From a virus (Duplodnaviria > Caudoviricetes), in IMG/VR virus record IMGVR_UViG_3300021379_001283, positions 1-43,233 of that record: 43,233 bases of DNA; one strand, given 5' to 3'. Below the pieces are notes generated by a model. The model did not search any database and was not told the origin of the DNA. It was given only the letters and a program-made list of their open reading frames with translations. Each line of letters starts with the position of its first letter. Position 1 is the first letter of the stretch. A program made the translations under genes and the position numbers. Shown in pieces: positions 8,734-17,027 of this stretch.

Positions 8734-11700
8734 ATGGCGTCAAGAAATAGGGTTATATATCAATCAGAATCTTTATTTGTCAGTGAAGATGTTAGTTCTT
8801 TAAGCAAGGTTGATCACGAAGAGCTGATTAGGGTTCAAGGCGCTAATTATGGCTTTACCATTAATAGAACTGATGTAAACCAGTTTGGTAACTTGGCGCG
8901 TATTGATTCTTTAGTACTTGAGCCTCCTACGGTTAATTTCGATTTTTCTTATTATTTAACAAATGGTAGAAATGAGTATTTTTTAGGATTTAATACTCAA
9001 GGAAATGCTCAGTTCGTAAGTGGTTTCTTGGAATCATCAAGCGGCAAAAACTTTTATATTATAACTTCTAGTGAGGGACAAGATGCCACAACATTTAATA
9101 ACGGAGAAAGCTATAGTCTCATAGGTATTGGTAATGCTTACTTAAGTGACTATACAGTAGATTTATCCGTTGGTTCTTTACCTACAGCCTCAGTTAGTTT
9201 TGAGGCTGCTAATATTAATTCTCAAAATGGTATTATAGACTCTTTGAGTGTAACTGGTAGTCTTCCAGCTATTAACCCATCTAACGGAACTGTTATTAAT
9301 GGAACCGCAACACTAAACACCCCACAGAACACAGGGCAAGACGGACCAACGGCATTAAGACCTGGAGATGTTATTTTAACTTTTCCTGGGTTTGATGGAA
9401 GTCAAGATGCGTCTGGGACTTTATCAACCGTTAGTGGCGCTGGCGGATTTCATGTTCAAAGCGCATCAATTTCTATACCTCTTTCCAGATCTCCTATATC
9501 AAAACTTGGATCGAAGTTCCCATACGCAAGGGTTGTTGATTTCCCAGTAAACGCAACCATGAGTGTAAATGCTGTGTTAAACACAGTGGAAGCTGGCAAC
9601 TTGGCTAACATGATTGCTGGTTGCGGTGGGGACTCTGACAAGGAAGTTGCGGTAACTTTAAAATCCTGTGAGGGTGACCCAGTGATGGCTTGGACTCTAA
9701 AAGGCGCTACATTAGATTCAGAAAGCTGGTCTTCAAGCATTGGGTCAAACAAGTCTGTCGATTTGACATTTGGAGTGCAAATCGGGGGCATTGATGATAT
9801 TGATCAAGGTATTATATTCAGTGGTGATCATCCAATAGGGAATAGAATACCAACAATTAATATTCCTGACCAAACCGATACAGAAGGTTTTGCTATTGAT
9901 CCTCTTGATATAACTCAATACACAACAGATCCAGACGGAGACACGTTAACATTTACTGCTTCGGGTTTACCATCTGGTCTTATTATGGAGTCAACTGGAA
10001 GAATTACTGGAGTAATTGATTCTGATCAATCAATTAATAGTCCTTATACCGTAGATGTTTATGCTGCAGATAATGGTGTTCCACCACTTACGGGAACGAC
10101 AGACTTCCTTTGGACAGTGAAGCAATCGTCATTCTTGAATGCTTCTAGATACTTTGATGCTGCTAATTATGATTATATAAGTGTTCCAGATGATGATTCT
10201 TTGGATATAACAGGAGATCTTTCGGTATTTGCTTGGATTAAGCCAGGCGGACCAGCTGCGGGTGTTTCTCAATCCACCTTACTTTCTAAATCAGATAATT
10301 TTAATACGAAGAATGATTTAAGTTATCAGTTTGAGATATTATATGTTGACGGAGGCGGGGCTGCTGTACCTAGTGTGAGGTTTACATCAGACGGTTCTAA
10401 TGACCAAATAATTTCAGCGGAGGGAGTTTATGATTTGGCGGCGTGGGAATGGCAACATATTGGGTTTACTTATGATGGTGAAAATACTAGATTTTACCTT
10501 AGCGGACAATTAATTGGAACATCTGGAGAGTTTAATGGACCTATTCATGTAGGTAACGGAACTCTAGAGATAGGGAAAAGACAGCATTTTTCTGATGCTT
10601 CCAGTCAACCTTACAAAGGTCTAATGACAGACGTAAGAATCTATGATACTCAAGTTTTAACTGACTCGGAAATATCTGGTCTGTACACAGGAAATGCGCC
10701 AACAGATAATTTAGTAGCGAATTGGATCGGTAATGCTGATGACACAGCTGGTGGCGGAAGCACTATTTTTGACCGCTCAACCAATAGTAATGATGGTACT
10801 AATTTTGGCACAACATATAGTGGAGAAGGTCCGTCTTTCAAAGAATGGTTGCCATTTGGTAGTGATATAGATGGAACCGCTAGTGAAGATTTCGGACATT
10901 CTGTTTCTTATTCTGATGATAATATTGATAAATATTTAGCAGTTGGAGCGCCTCTTTATAATGATGGTGGAACAAATCGTGGTATTGCTAAAGTTTACAG
11001 ATATAATGATCCTAATTGGGTCGAGGTGGGTGGTTTCACTGGTGTAAATGATGACGATGAGTTAGGATATTCTGTTGCTTTAGCTGCAGTTCCTGCTGCA
11101 GAAACTAAACTTGCGATTGGTAAAAGAGATTTTGATAATGGTACTACAGGTCAAGGTTCTGTGGAAATATTGAAGTTTGATGATCCAGGTTGGACTTCAG
11201 AACAAATATTCTATGGTAATAATGTGGTAAGTGGTTACATGGGAACTTCAGTTGCAATTTCAAGAGATGGTTTGAATGTAGTTGGAGGCGCTCCTGGTAG
11301 GAGTCCAACTGTCAATATAGAAGGTTTTGTCAGCGTTTATAATTACAGCCTTGGTACTGAAACTTGGTCGCAAAAAGGAAACAGCATTACTGGTAAAGCT
11401 AATAATGACGAGTTTGGTAGATCAGTCGCCACCAATGACGAGGGAGATTTCTTGGTCGTAGGTGCGCCATTAAATACCAGCAGTAAAGGTTATGTGCAAG
11501 TTTATGAATGGGATAACCCAACGGCTAACGAATGGAATCAACTTGGGTCAGATATTAGTGGAGTCGCTAATGGTGATGAATTTGGAACATCTGTTTCAAT
11601 GTCTGATGACGGAACCAGAATAGCTGTAGGTGCGCCAAAACACGGAAGCAGTAAAGGTCATATTCGAATTTATGATTGGAACACCCCAACACCTAATCAA

Positions 11701-12003
11701 TGGAATCTATCAGTTGAGTTAGATGGTGAGGTTGCAGGTGACGAATTTGGAACATCTGTTTCTCTTTCCGCAGATGGTTCTAGAGTTGCTGTAGGTGCGC
11801 CAGCAAGCACTAATGGCAAATTTTATGTTTATCAAGAATTAAGTGTCGGAAATTGGATTAAAATAGGATCAACTCAAGACGGGGATGATCCTGGAGATGA
11901 GTTTGGAAAAGCTATTTCTCTTTCTCCAGATGGAAATGAGTTGGTTGTTGGAGGACCACAACACACCACTAATGGTCACATAAAAACCTTTGAATATAAA
12001 TGA
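8734..12003 (+). CDS. Putative major tail tube protein with C-terminal Ig (He_PIG-like), LamG/concanavalin and FG-GAP propeller domains
   Basis: N-terminal ~365 aa duplicated beta-domain paralogous to 4680. It is followed by TDPDGDTLTFTASGLPSGL (Ig), WIKP...WQHIGFTYDG...MTDVRIYD (LamG) and DEFGTSVS...AVGAP repeats. It has its own upstream GTGTAATAT motif. Confidence 0.65.
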   Translation: MASRNRVIYQSESLFVSEDVSSLSKVDHEELIRVQGANYGFTINRTDVNQFGNLARIDSLVLEPPTVNFDFSYYLTNGRNEYFLGFNTQGNAQFVSGFLESSSGKNFYIITSSEGQDATTFNNGESYSLIGIGNAYLSDYTVDLSVGSLPTASVSFEAANINSQNGIIDSLSVTGSLPAINPSNGTVINGTATLNTPQNTGQDGPTALRPGDVILTFPGFDGSQDASGTLSTVSGAGGFHVQSASISIPLSRSPISKLGSKFPYARVVDFPVNATMSVNAVLNTVEAGNLANMIAGCGGDSDKEVAVTLKSCEGDPVMAWTLKGATLDSESWSSSIGSNKSVDLTFGVQIGGIDDIDQGIIFSGDHPIGNRIPTINIPDQTDTEGFAIDPLDITQYTTDPDGDTLTFTASGLPSGLIMESTGRITGVIDSDQSINSPYTVDVYAADNGVPPLTGTTDFLWTVKQSSFLNASRYFDAANYDYISVPDDDSLDITGDLSVFAWIKPGGPAAGVSQSTLLSKSDNFNTKNDLSYQFEILYVDGGGAAVPSVRFTSDGSNDQIISAEGVYDLAAWEWQHIGFTYDGENTRFYLSGQLIGTSGEFNGPIHVGNGTLEIGKRQHFSDASSQPYKGLMTDVRIYDTQVLTDSEISGLYTGNAPTDNLVANWIGNADDTAGGGSTIFDRSTNSNDGTNFGTTYSGEGPSFKEWLPFGSDIDGTASEDFGHSVSYSDDNIDKYLAVGAPLYNDGGTNRGIAKVYRYNDPNWVEVGGFTGVNDDDELGYSVALAAVPAAETKLAIGKRDFDNGTTGQGSVEILKFDDPGWTSEQIFYGNNVVSGYMGTSVAISRDGLNVVGGAPGRSPTVNIEGFVSVYNYSLGTETWSQKGNSITGKANNDEFGRSVATNDEGDFLVVGAPLNTSSKGYVQVYEWDNPTANEWNQLGSDISGVANGDEFGTSVSMSDDGTRIAVGAPKHGSSKGHIRIYDWNTPTPNQWNLSVELDGEVAGDEFGTSVSLSADGSRVAVGAPASTNGKFYVYQELSVGNWIKIGSTQDGDDPGDEFGKAISLSPDGNELVVGGPQHTTNGHIKTFEYK

Positions 12004-12167
12004 AGCCTAAACCAAAAATAAAAAGAATCCAAAGCTCTGGTTCTTTTTTAGCTTACTATAAATCAGAAGATGGTAAAGAGTACAAGGCTATTGGTCTTAC
12101 ATTTCAAGACGCGATTGATAATTGGTATTGTAAATTTAGAGAGAAATTGAAATTGGGCGGAGGATGA
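12000..12167 (+). CDS. Small hypothetical protein (55 aa, MKPKPKIKRIQSSGSF...KLGGG)
   Basis: Not in the ORF track. The ATG overlaps the stop of the previous gene (ATGA) and the ORF fills the gap before the convergent gene. Confidence 0.55.
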   Translation: MKPKPKIKRIQSSGSFLAYYKSEDGKEYKAIGLTFQDAIDNWYCKFREKLKLGGG

Positions 12168-12194
12168 AAATAATTATTTAAGCTAAGTTTAGCT

Positions 12195-12584
12195 TTAATC
12201 TAATTCGATGTTGACATGTTTGTTGTTATTCATATCTGATTTCATCTGGTCTATATGTTTAGCCCCGTTTCTCTTTGCTGAGTAGTCTTTATAATACTTT
12301 TCTTTGACAGGATCAATGCCGCCGTTTTTCTCTGCCCTGATGTGGCTCATCTCTTTACTATAGTCCATCATGTCTCCCATTGTGCCTTTTTTGCCACCTG
12401 TCTTTTCCACAAACTCTTTTGAGCTATATGGATCGATCTGAGAGTCGATAGACATGTTTGGGGTAGTGAATACTCTTTTCCATTCAAGCCCCTCAGAATC
12501 AAAATATACGTGATCCTCCATCATTGTTTGGAACACTTCTGTATACTCTTCCTGTTCTGGGTGTTTATAGATATAAATAGGCAT
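12195..12584 (-). CDS. FmdB-like (zinc-ribbon family, cysteine-less) hypothetical phage protein
   Basis: The N-terminus MPIYIYKHPEQEEYTEVFQTM...WKRVFT follows the MPxYxY...KRV pattern but lacks the CxxC pairs. Confidence 0.55.
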   Translation of the reverse strand: MPIYIYKHPEQEEYTEVFQTMMEDHVYFDSEGLEWKRVFTTPNMSIDSQIDPYSSKEFVEKTGGKKGTMGDMMDYSKEMSHIRAEKNGGIDPVKEKYYKDYSAKRNGAKHIDQMKSDMNNNKHVNIELD

Positions 12585-12596
12585 ACTGTATAATAC

Positions 12597-12627
12597 ACAA
12601 ACGGGCGCAGTTTTTCAACTGCACCCG
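12597..12627 (-). terminator. Rho-independent terminator downstream of hsp20
   Basis: Minus strand reads CGGGTGCAGTT-GAAA-AACTGCGCCCG-TTTGTGT: an 11 bp stem with one G-U pair, a GNRA loop and a U-rich tail. Confidence 0.7.
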
Positions 12628-12656
12628 CTCGCAATTAATAATGTTTATAGAATAAA

Positions 12657-12977
12657 TTAATCAATCTTAATAGCAAACGATTCCTTAACTTGTTTTTTAG
12701 GCATTGTGATTGTTAGTAGCCCGTTAGACATTTTAGATGAAATGTTTTCTGGGGATACTAGATCATTTAGAGAGATAGAGTAGTTTTTCTTTTTCTCTCC
12801 TTTTTCTGCTTGAACCGTCAGAAGTTCATTGGTTGCTGTAAGTTTTACATCTTTCTTAGCAAAGCCAGCTAATTCTAGCTCTGCTGTATAAACGTCATCA
12901 CTGCTTTTAATCCAAGTCATTTCTTTAGGATAAGCCCTACTTTCTGGTTTGAATAGTTCTTCAAATAATGTTGTCAT
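12657..12977 (-). CDS. Small heat shock protein (Hsp20/alpha-crystallin)
   Basis: ELAGFAKKDVKL...LLTVQAEK...ISSKMSNGLLTITMPK is the alpha-crystallin signature. Confidence 0.9.
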   Translation of the reverse strand: MTTLFEELFKPESRAYPKEMTWIKSSDDVYTAELELAGFAKKDVKLTATNELLTVQAEKGEKKKNYSISLNDLVSPENISSKMSNGLLTITMPKKQVKESFAIKID

Positions 12978-12989
12978 AATATCTTACTA

Positions 12990-13007
12990 TTGCATATACT
13001 GTGCCAA
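12990..13007 (-). promoter_or_regulatory. Sigma54 (RpoN) -24/-12 promoter of hsp20
   Basis: Minus strand reads TTGGCACAGTATATGCAA, i.e. TGGCAC-N5-ATGCA with exact GG-N10-GC spacing, ending 12 nt before the ATG. Confidence 0.65.
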
Positions 13008-13016
13008 TCAAGAAAC

Positions 13017-14075
13017 CTAGGAAATATGGGACAAAATCTGATCCACAGTATTGGAGTAGGTAAATTTGTCTGCCAACTTTTGACCCTCTGTGTTAGTTTG
13101 TCCCACCTTCTTTTCGGCTTCTTCCATTGCCCCGATCATTTCATCTTCAGTTACTGAATAGAATGTTCCTTGGTTGAAAGGGCTACCTTTCATAAAGAAT
13201 TTACCATCTTCACTTTCTATCTCACTGGTTGGTTCGATGAGAATGGAATTATCTTTTGTTGCCCAATCTTTATGAGATGTGGCATTCAAAACAACGCTCC
13301 ATTTACCTAAACAGGTAGCGTTGAAGGAAGGTAGATTCCAACCCTCTCCGCCAGAAAGACCAGTAAGGTCAATATCAATTGCATTAAGCAGATCATTAAC
13401 CTCTGCATTCTTTTTTAAGTAAGGTAGAAAGTTTATGTTTGTATATCTTTCACCCTCTAAGCAAGAATTGATTAAATGATTCATTTCTTCGTCGTTGAAG
13501 AATGGGTTTGTAATACAGCAAGTAAGCTGATATTTATTGTCATTGCCATACTTCTTCGCCCAAGCCCTGATAATCTCACCAGTGTGTTTTCTTTTTTCAA
13601 ACTTGCCCATTAAACCAAAATGCGTAACACCTTGAAGGTATTGTTTTTTTGTTTGGAAAAAATCCTTATCAAAGCCAAGAGGTGCGAATTCAGCACCAAA
13701 CATATCCGCAGAACAAGAAGAACTAAAGATGGTTTTTGTTTGGGCGTTGCATAGTTTTCTTTCTATGTCCGTAGGTTGATTACACTCATAAAAGGTGTAA
13801 AGGTATTGCCGCGAATTCTTCCTATTTTCAGAGCCGTTGAGATGCCAAACCCTCAAAGAGGGAATGTCTTCTGATAGATAGTCAAATCTATTCTCTATAC
13901 CTGCATTAATTTTGGCGGCTAGATAATCAGGAATATCATAAGCGCCCAAATCAACTTTACCAGACACGGGGAATATCCCGACATCGTGACCTTTATCAAT
14001 AAGCTCTCGAATAATGTTATAAGAAACATTACCGAGGCTTAATGAATTTAATGGTGCATCAACAAGAATCTTCAT
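13017..14075 (-). CDS. Glycosyltransferase, GT-B fold (GT4-like)
   Basis: GKFEKRKH, and SGGEGWNLPSFNA matching the EGWxLP motif of GT4 enzymes. Confidence 0.8.
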   Translation of the reverse strand: MKILVDAPLNSLSLGNVSYNIIRELIDKGHDVGIFPVSGKVDLGAYDIPDYLAAKINAGIENRFDYLSEDIPSLRVWHLNGSENRKNSRQYLYTFYECNQPTDIERKLCNAQTKTIFSSSCSADMFGAEFAPLGFDKDFFQTKKQYLQGVTHFGLMGKFEKRKHTGEIIRAWAKKYGNDNKYQLTCCITNPFFNDEEMNHLINSCLEGERYTNINFLPYLKKNAEVNDLLNAIDIDLTGLSGGEGWNLPSFNATCLGKWSVVLNATSHKDWATKDNSILIEPTSEIESEDGKFFMKGSPFNQGTFYSVTEDEMIGAMEEAEKKVGQTNTEGQKLADKFTYSNTVDQILSHIS

Positions 14076-14452
14076 TAAAATGGGATTTCTTCGTCGGTTG
14101 ATGAGGATTTGGCCGCGACTTTTTCTTTACTTCCTTCAGAATTTGAGTCTCCAGTATTGAGGAACTGGAAGCTTGATGCTGAAATGAAGTCCTTCTGGCG
14201 CTTCTGACCTTCATGCTCCCATGTGTTTCGGCGAAGCTCGCCATTAACAATAAGGCTACGACCCTTCTTGAGGTATTCGTCTGCAATTTCTGCTTGACGA
14301 CCCCACATTTCTACGTCGATGAAGACTTTTTCGCCTTCTTTAGCTCTGTTGCCAGAGATACACATCCGTAGTTTGCAAACTTTTTTAGAGTTTACTTCCC
14401 TTGTTTCTGGATCTGATACCAGATATCCTGCTGCTGTTATACTATTGTACAT
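14075..14452 (-). CDS. ssb: Single-stranded DNA-binding protein
   Basis: GYLVSDPE, WGRQAEIADEYLKKG...VNGEL, and an acidic DEEIPF C-terminal tail. Confidence 0.93.
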   Translation of the reverse strand: MYNSITAAGYLVSDPETREVNSKKVCKLRMCISGNRAKEGEKVFIDVEMWGRQAEIADEYLKKGRSLIVNGELRRNTWEHEGQKRQKDFISASSFQFLNTGDSNSEGSKEKVAAKSSSTDEEIPF

Positions 14453-15020
14453 AATTGTTATCGAATTGTTGTTTTACTTTTTTGATGAACCTATTGTGAA
14501 TGTTTATACATCCTTGTATGCTCAAGTCCAGTTCCTGAGAGACGATTCTCCAGGGGACTAACTTAGTATTAGTCGTATTGTAACGGATGTCAATAATTTT
14601 TTTAACCCTTGGGTCATTTTCTTCTTCAAGCATTTTATTAAAACAGTCGAAAGCCTCCATTTTACAAAGGATTTCGTGTGAATCATCTTCATCAGAAACT
14701 TTTCCGTAAACCCTGTCTATGCTGGTAGTGGGTTTATTTCTCACACTATTAATCGCGTTAAGACACTTCCATTTTGTTTGGTTAGCCAAGAACGTAGAGA
14801 ACTTGCTATTCTTTTCTGGTTTGTAACTTAGAGCTGATTGGTATATCATATAATCTTTGTCATCTAGAATAAAGTCTCTATTTAAACAAGAATTTTTGTT
14901 TTTTGTATACTTATCAACTATGTAAACGTATATGCCAGAGTGTCTATTAATCAATTCTTCTAGACAATCTCCATCGTTATCGTTCTTTATCTTGTTTATA
15001 AGGGACAGGTCGCTTTCCAT
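14442..15020 (-). CDS. Phage-encoded sigma70-family RNA polymerase sigma factor
   Basis: Region 2-like LEELINRH...SALSYKPEKNSKFSTFL and region 4 HTH-like IIDIRY...PWRIVSQELDLSIQGCINIH. Confidence 0.75.
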   Translation of the reverse strand: MESDLSLINKIKNDNDGDCLEELINRHSGIYVYIVDKYTKNKNSCLNRDFILDDKDYMIYQSALSYKPEKNSKFSTFLANQTKWKCLNAINSVRNKPTTSIDRVYGKVSDEDDSHEILCKMEAFDCFNKMLEEENDPRVKKIIDIRYNTTNTKLVPWRIVSQELDLSIQGCINIHNRFIKKVKQQFDNNYVQ

Positions 15021-15586
15021 AATTCGTAAATTTCTTCGTTAACAATAGAATTGAGAACTTCGTTTGCTATCAACTCGACTAATTTATCATCATCAAAATT
15101 TCCCATGTGGAAATTTGAATCAACAAGTTTCTCCATTTTCTCGTTATTAACCTTTTCGTATTCATTCGCTGGATCTACTCCGTCCCTTTTAATCAAGACT
15201 GATAAGCCCTTATTATCCTTAATCCACTGAAGTTCGTTATCGAACCTTAAATCAGTAATTATGTTTACATGGTTATCATACAAAGAAGACTCTATTTTTT
15301 CAACCCAAATGTTATTGTTTATCTTCCTCATCATGTCTGTTCCCCAGAAAACGAGGAATGGACGGATAATCTTTTTTTCCTCTTCGTCCTCAGTGAAAGC
15401 AGAAATCCCTATTTCACGAATAAGAAAATCGTCAACCGACTTCTTTAACTCATGAGCAAAAGAATATCTCTTTGCTTTTATACCTTGATCAGCAAGTATC
15501 TTTACAAAGTTTTCACCAAGGGTATCTTTGCCTGACCTAGCATTGCCAGCAATACCTATGATTTTATAGTCTAAGTTCATTGTCAT
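14996..15586 (-). CDS. Deoxynucleoside monophosphate kinase
   Basis: IIGIAGNARSGKDT P-loop, SFAHELK, R..L..WGTD, IITDLRFDNE. The start could be 15586 or 15580. Confidence 0.85.
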   Translation of the reverse strand: MTMNLDYKIIGIAGNARSGKDTLGENFVKILADQGIKAKRYSFAHELKKSVDDFLIREIGISAFTEDEEEKKIIRPFLVFWGTDMMRKINNNIWVEKIESSLYDNHVNIITDLRFDNELQWIKDNKGLSVLIKRDGVDPANEYEKVNNEKMEKLVDSNFHMGNFDDDKLVELIANEVLNSIVNEEIYELWKATCPL

Positions 15587-15589
15587 TTA

Positions 15590-15618
15590 ACAATAACATT
15601 TCTTTAACTAACAGTCAA
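15590..15618 (-). promoter_or_regulatory. Sigma70-type promoter of the leftward operon
   Basis: Minus strand TTGACT-N17-TATTGT immediately before the dNMP kinase start. Confidence 0.6.
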
Positions 15619-15694
15619 GATATTAATGAGACAAAAGAAGAAATTTGTTTTAAAAAACGTAGTGTTTAAAAAAATTTTGCACTGAGTAATTTAA

Positions 15695-15840
15695 ATAAAC
15701 GGTTACCGATAAGTATAACTATACGATAAAGTAGACGTTATCGATAAGATAAACTTAACGGAAAGTAGTTTTTTTAAATTGCGAAGTTAACTGAAGCGTA
15801 AGCTTTTAGTAAGAATCGATAAGTTAAACGTTTTCGAAAA
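15695..15840. repeat. Degenerate ~17-18 bp tandem repeats (CGATAAG core), candidate replication-origin iterons
   Basis: CGATAA at 15707, 15724, 15742 and 15817, with variants CGGAAA at 15759 and CGAAAA at 15835. Located in the only long non-coding gap, at a divergent strand switch. Confidence 0.55.
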
Positions 15841-15937
15841 TCATCTACCCCCCGTCTCTATTATATAAATCGTTCCACAATTTTTCCAAAAAAGTTCAAA
15901 AAAAATTTCAACAAAAAAAAATCACTATATTTTTCAG

Positions 15938-15973
15938 TTGACTGTGACCGAATTTTTGGTAGAGTGTAAATTA
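15938..15973 (+). promoter_or_regulatory. Promoter region of nrdB (TTGACT-N16-TAGAGT overlapping a GTGTAAATTA motif)
   Basis: Sequence motifs preceded by long A-tracts at 15880-15935. Confidence 0.45.
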
Positions 15974-16044
15974 GAACAGCGAGTGATATTTGGGGCAAAA
16001 AGCCAAACTCGAATTCTTAAAACCACAACCTAAATTAAAATAAA

Positions 16045-17019
16045 ATGAGTATATTTGACGAGCAAACATCTAGAAAACCTAATCTTTACCCTTGGACCGA
16101 AATGTTCATACAATCGATGCATAACGGATTCTGGACAGATAAAGAATTTGATTTCAAGTCAGATATACACAATTTCAAAACCTCACTTACTGATCAAGAA
16201 AGGGAGATTATTGTTCGCACATTGAGCGCGATTGGGCAAATCGAAGTAGCCGTTAAAACATTCTGGGCTAAACTTGGGGAAAATCTGCCACACCCATCTC
16301 TTCAGGATCTTGGTTATGTAATGGCGAACACAGAAGTTATTCACAATAATGCCTACGAGAGGCTTCTTTCTGTGCTTGAAATGGAGGAAATTTTTGAAGA
16401 AAACCTCAAGCTTGAATGGATTCAAGGTCGTGTTAAGTATCTTAAGAAGTATACTCATCGCTTTTATAAGGATAGCAAGAAGCAGTATCTTTATGCTCTC
16501 ATCTTGTTTACCCTGTTTGTTGAGAATGTTTCTTTGTTTAGTCAGTTCTATATTATCAACTGGTTTGCACGATTCAAGAACGTACTTAAAGATACTGATC
16601 AGCAGGTGAAGTATACCCGCAATGAAGAAGACATTCACGCTAAAGTCGGGGCTAGGATTATCAATACCATTCGTGCAGAATATCCAGATCTCTTTGATCA
16701 AGAATTAATGGATCGTATCGCTCATGAAGCGGAGCAAGCTTATGTAGCTGAAGCTAAGATTATTGATTGGATGGTTAATGGTATTGATGAAGAAGGTCTA
16801 TCTGCTGAGATTTTGAAAGAGTTTGTTAAGAATCGTATTAATGAATCTCTTGATATGATTGGATTTAATTCTGTTTTTGATGTTGACAAAAGTAAGTTAT
16901 CGTCTACAATATGGTTTGATGAGGAACTTCTAGGAGACAACATGACAGACTTCTTCCACGGAAGACCTGTCGAGTATTCTAAAAAGGACAAGTCGTTCTC
17001 TGAAGACGAACTCTTTTAA
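16045..17019 (+). CDS. nrdB: Ribonucleotide reductase class I beta subunit
   Basis: FWTDKE, QIEVAVK, EVIHNNAY (metal ligands and radical Tyr), ENVSLFSQF, RNEEDIH, DFFH...EYSK. Confidence 0.95.
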   Translation: MSIFDEQTSRKPNLYPWTEMFIQSMHNGFWTDKEFDFKSDIHNFKTSLTDQEREIIVRTLSAIGQIEVAVKTFWAKLGENLPHPSLQDLGYVMANTEVIHNNAYERLLSVLEMEEIFEENLKLEWIQGRVKYLKKYTHRFYKDSKKQYLYALILFTLFVENVSLFSQFYIINWFARFKNVLKDTDQQVKYTRNEEDIHAKVGARIINTIRAEYPDLFDQELMDRIAHEAEQAYVAEAKIIDWMVNGIDEEGLSAEILKEFVKNRINESLDMIGFNSVFDVDKSKLSSTIWFDEELLGDNMTDFFHGRPVEYSKKDKSFSEDELF

Positions 17020-17027
17020 TAGATAAA

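Noticed and set aside
12180-12195. AAGCTA-AGTT-TAGCTT hairpin between convergent genes as a bidirectional terminator
   Set aside because: The 6 bp AT-rich stem is too weak to call.
15695-15840. Periodic repeats as a CRISPR array
   Set aside because: Units are 17-18 bp, degenerate and contiguous, with no unique spacers.
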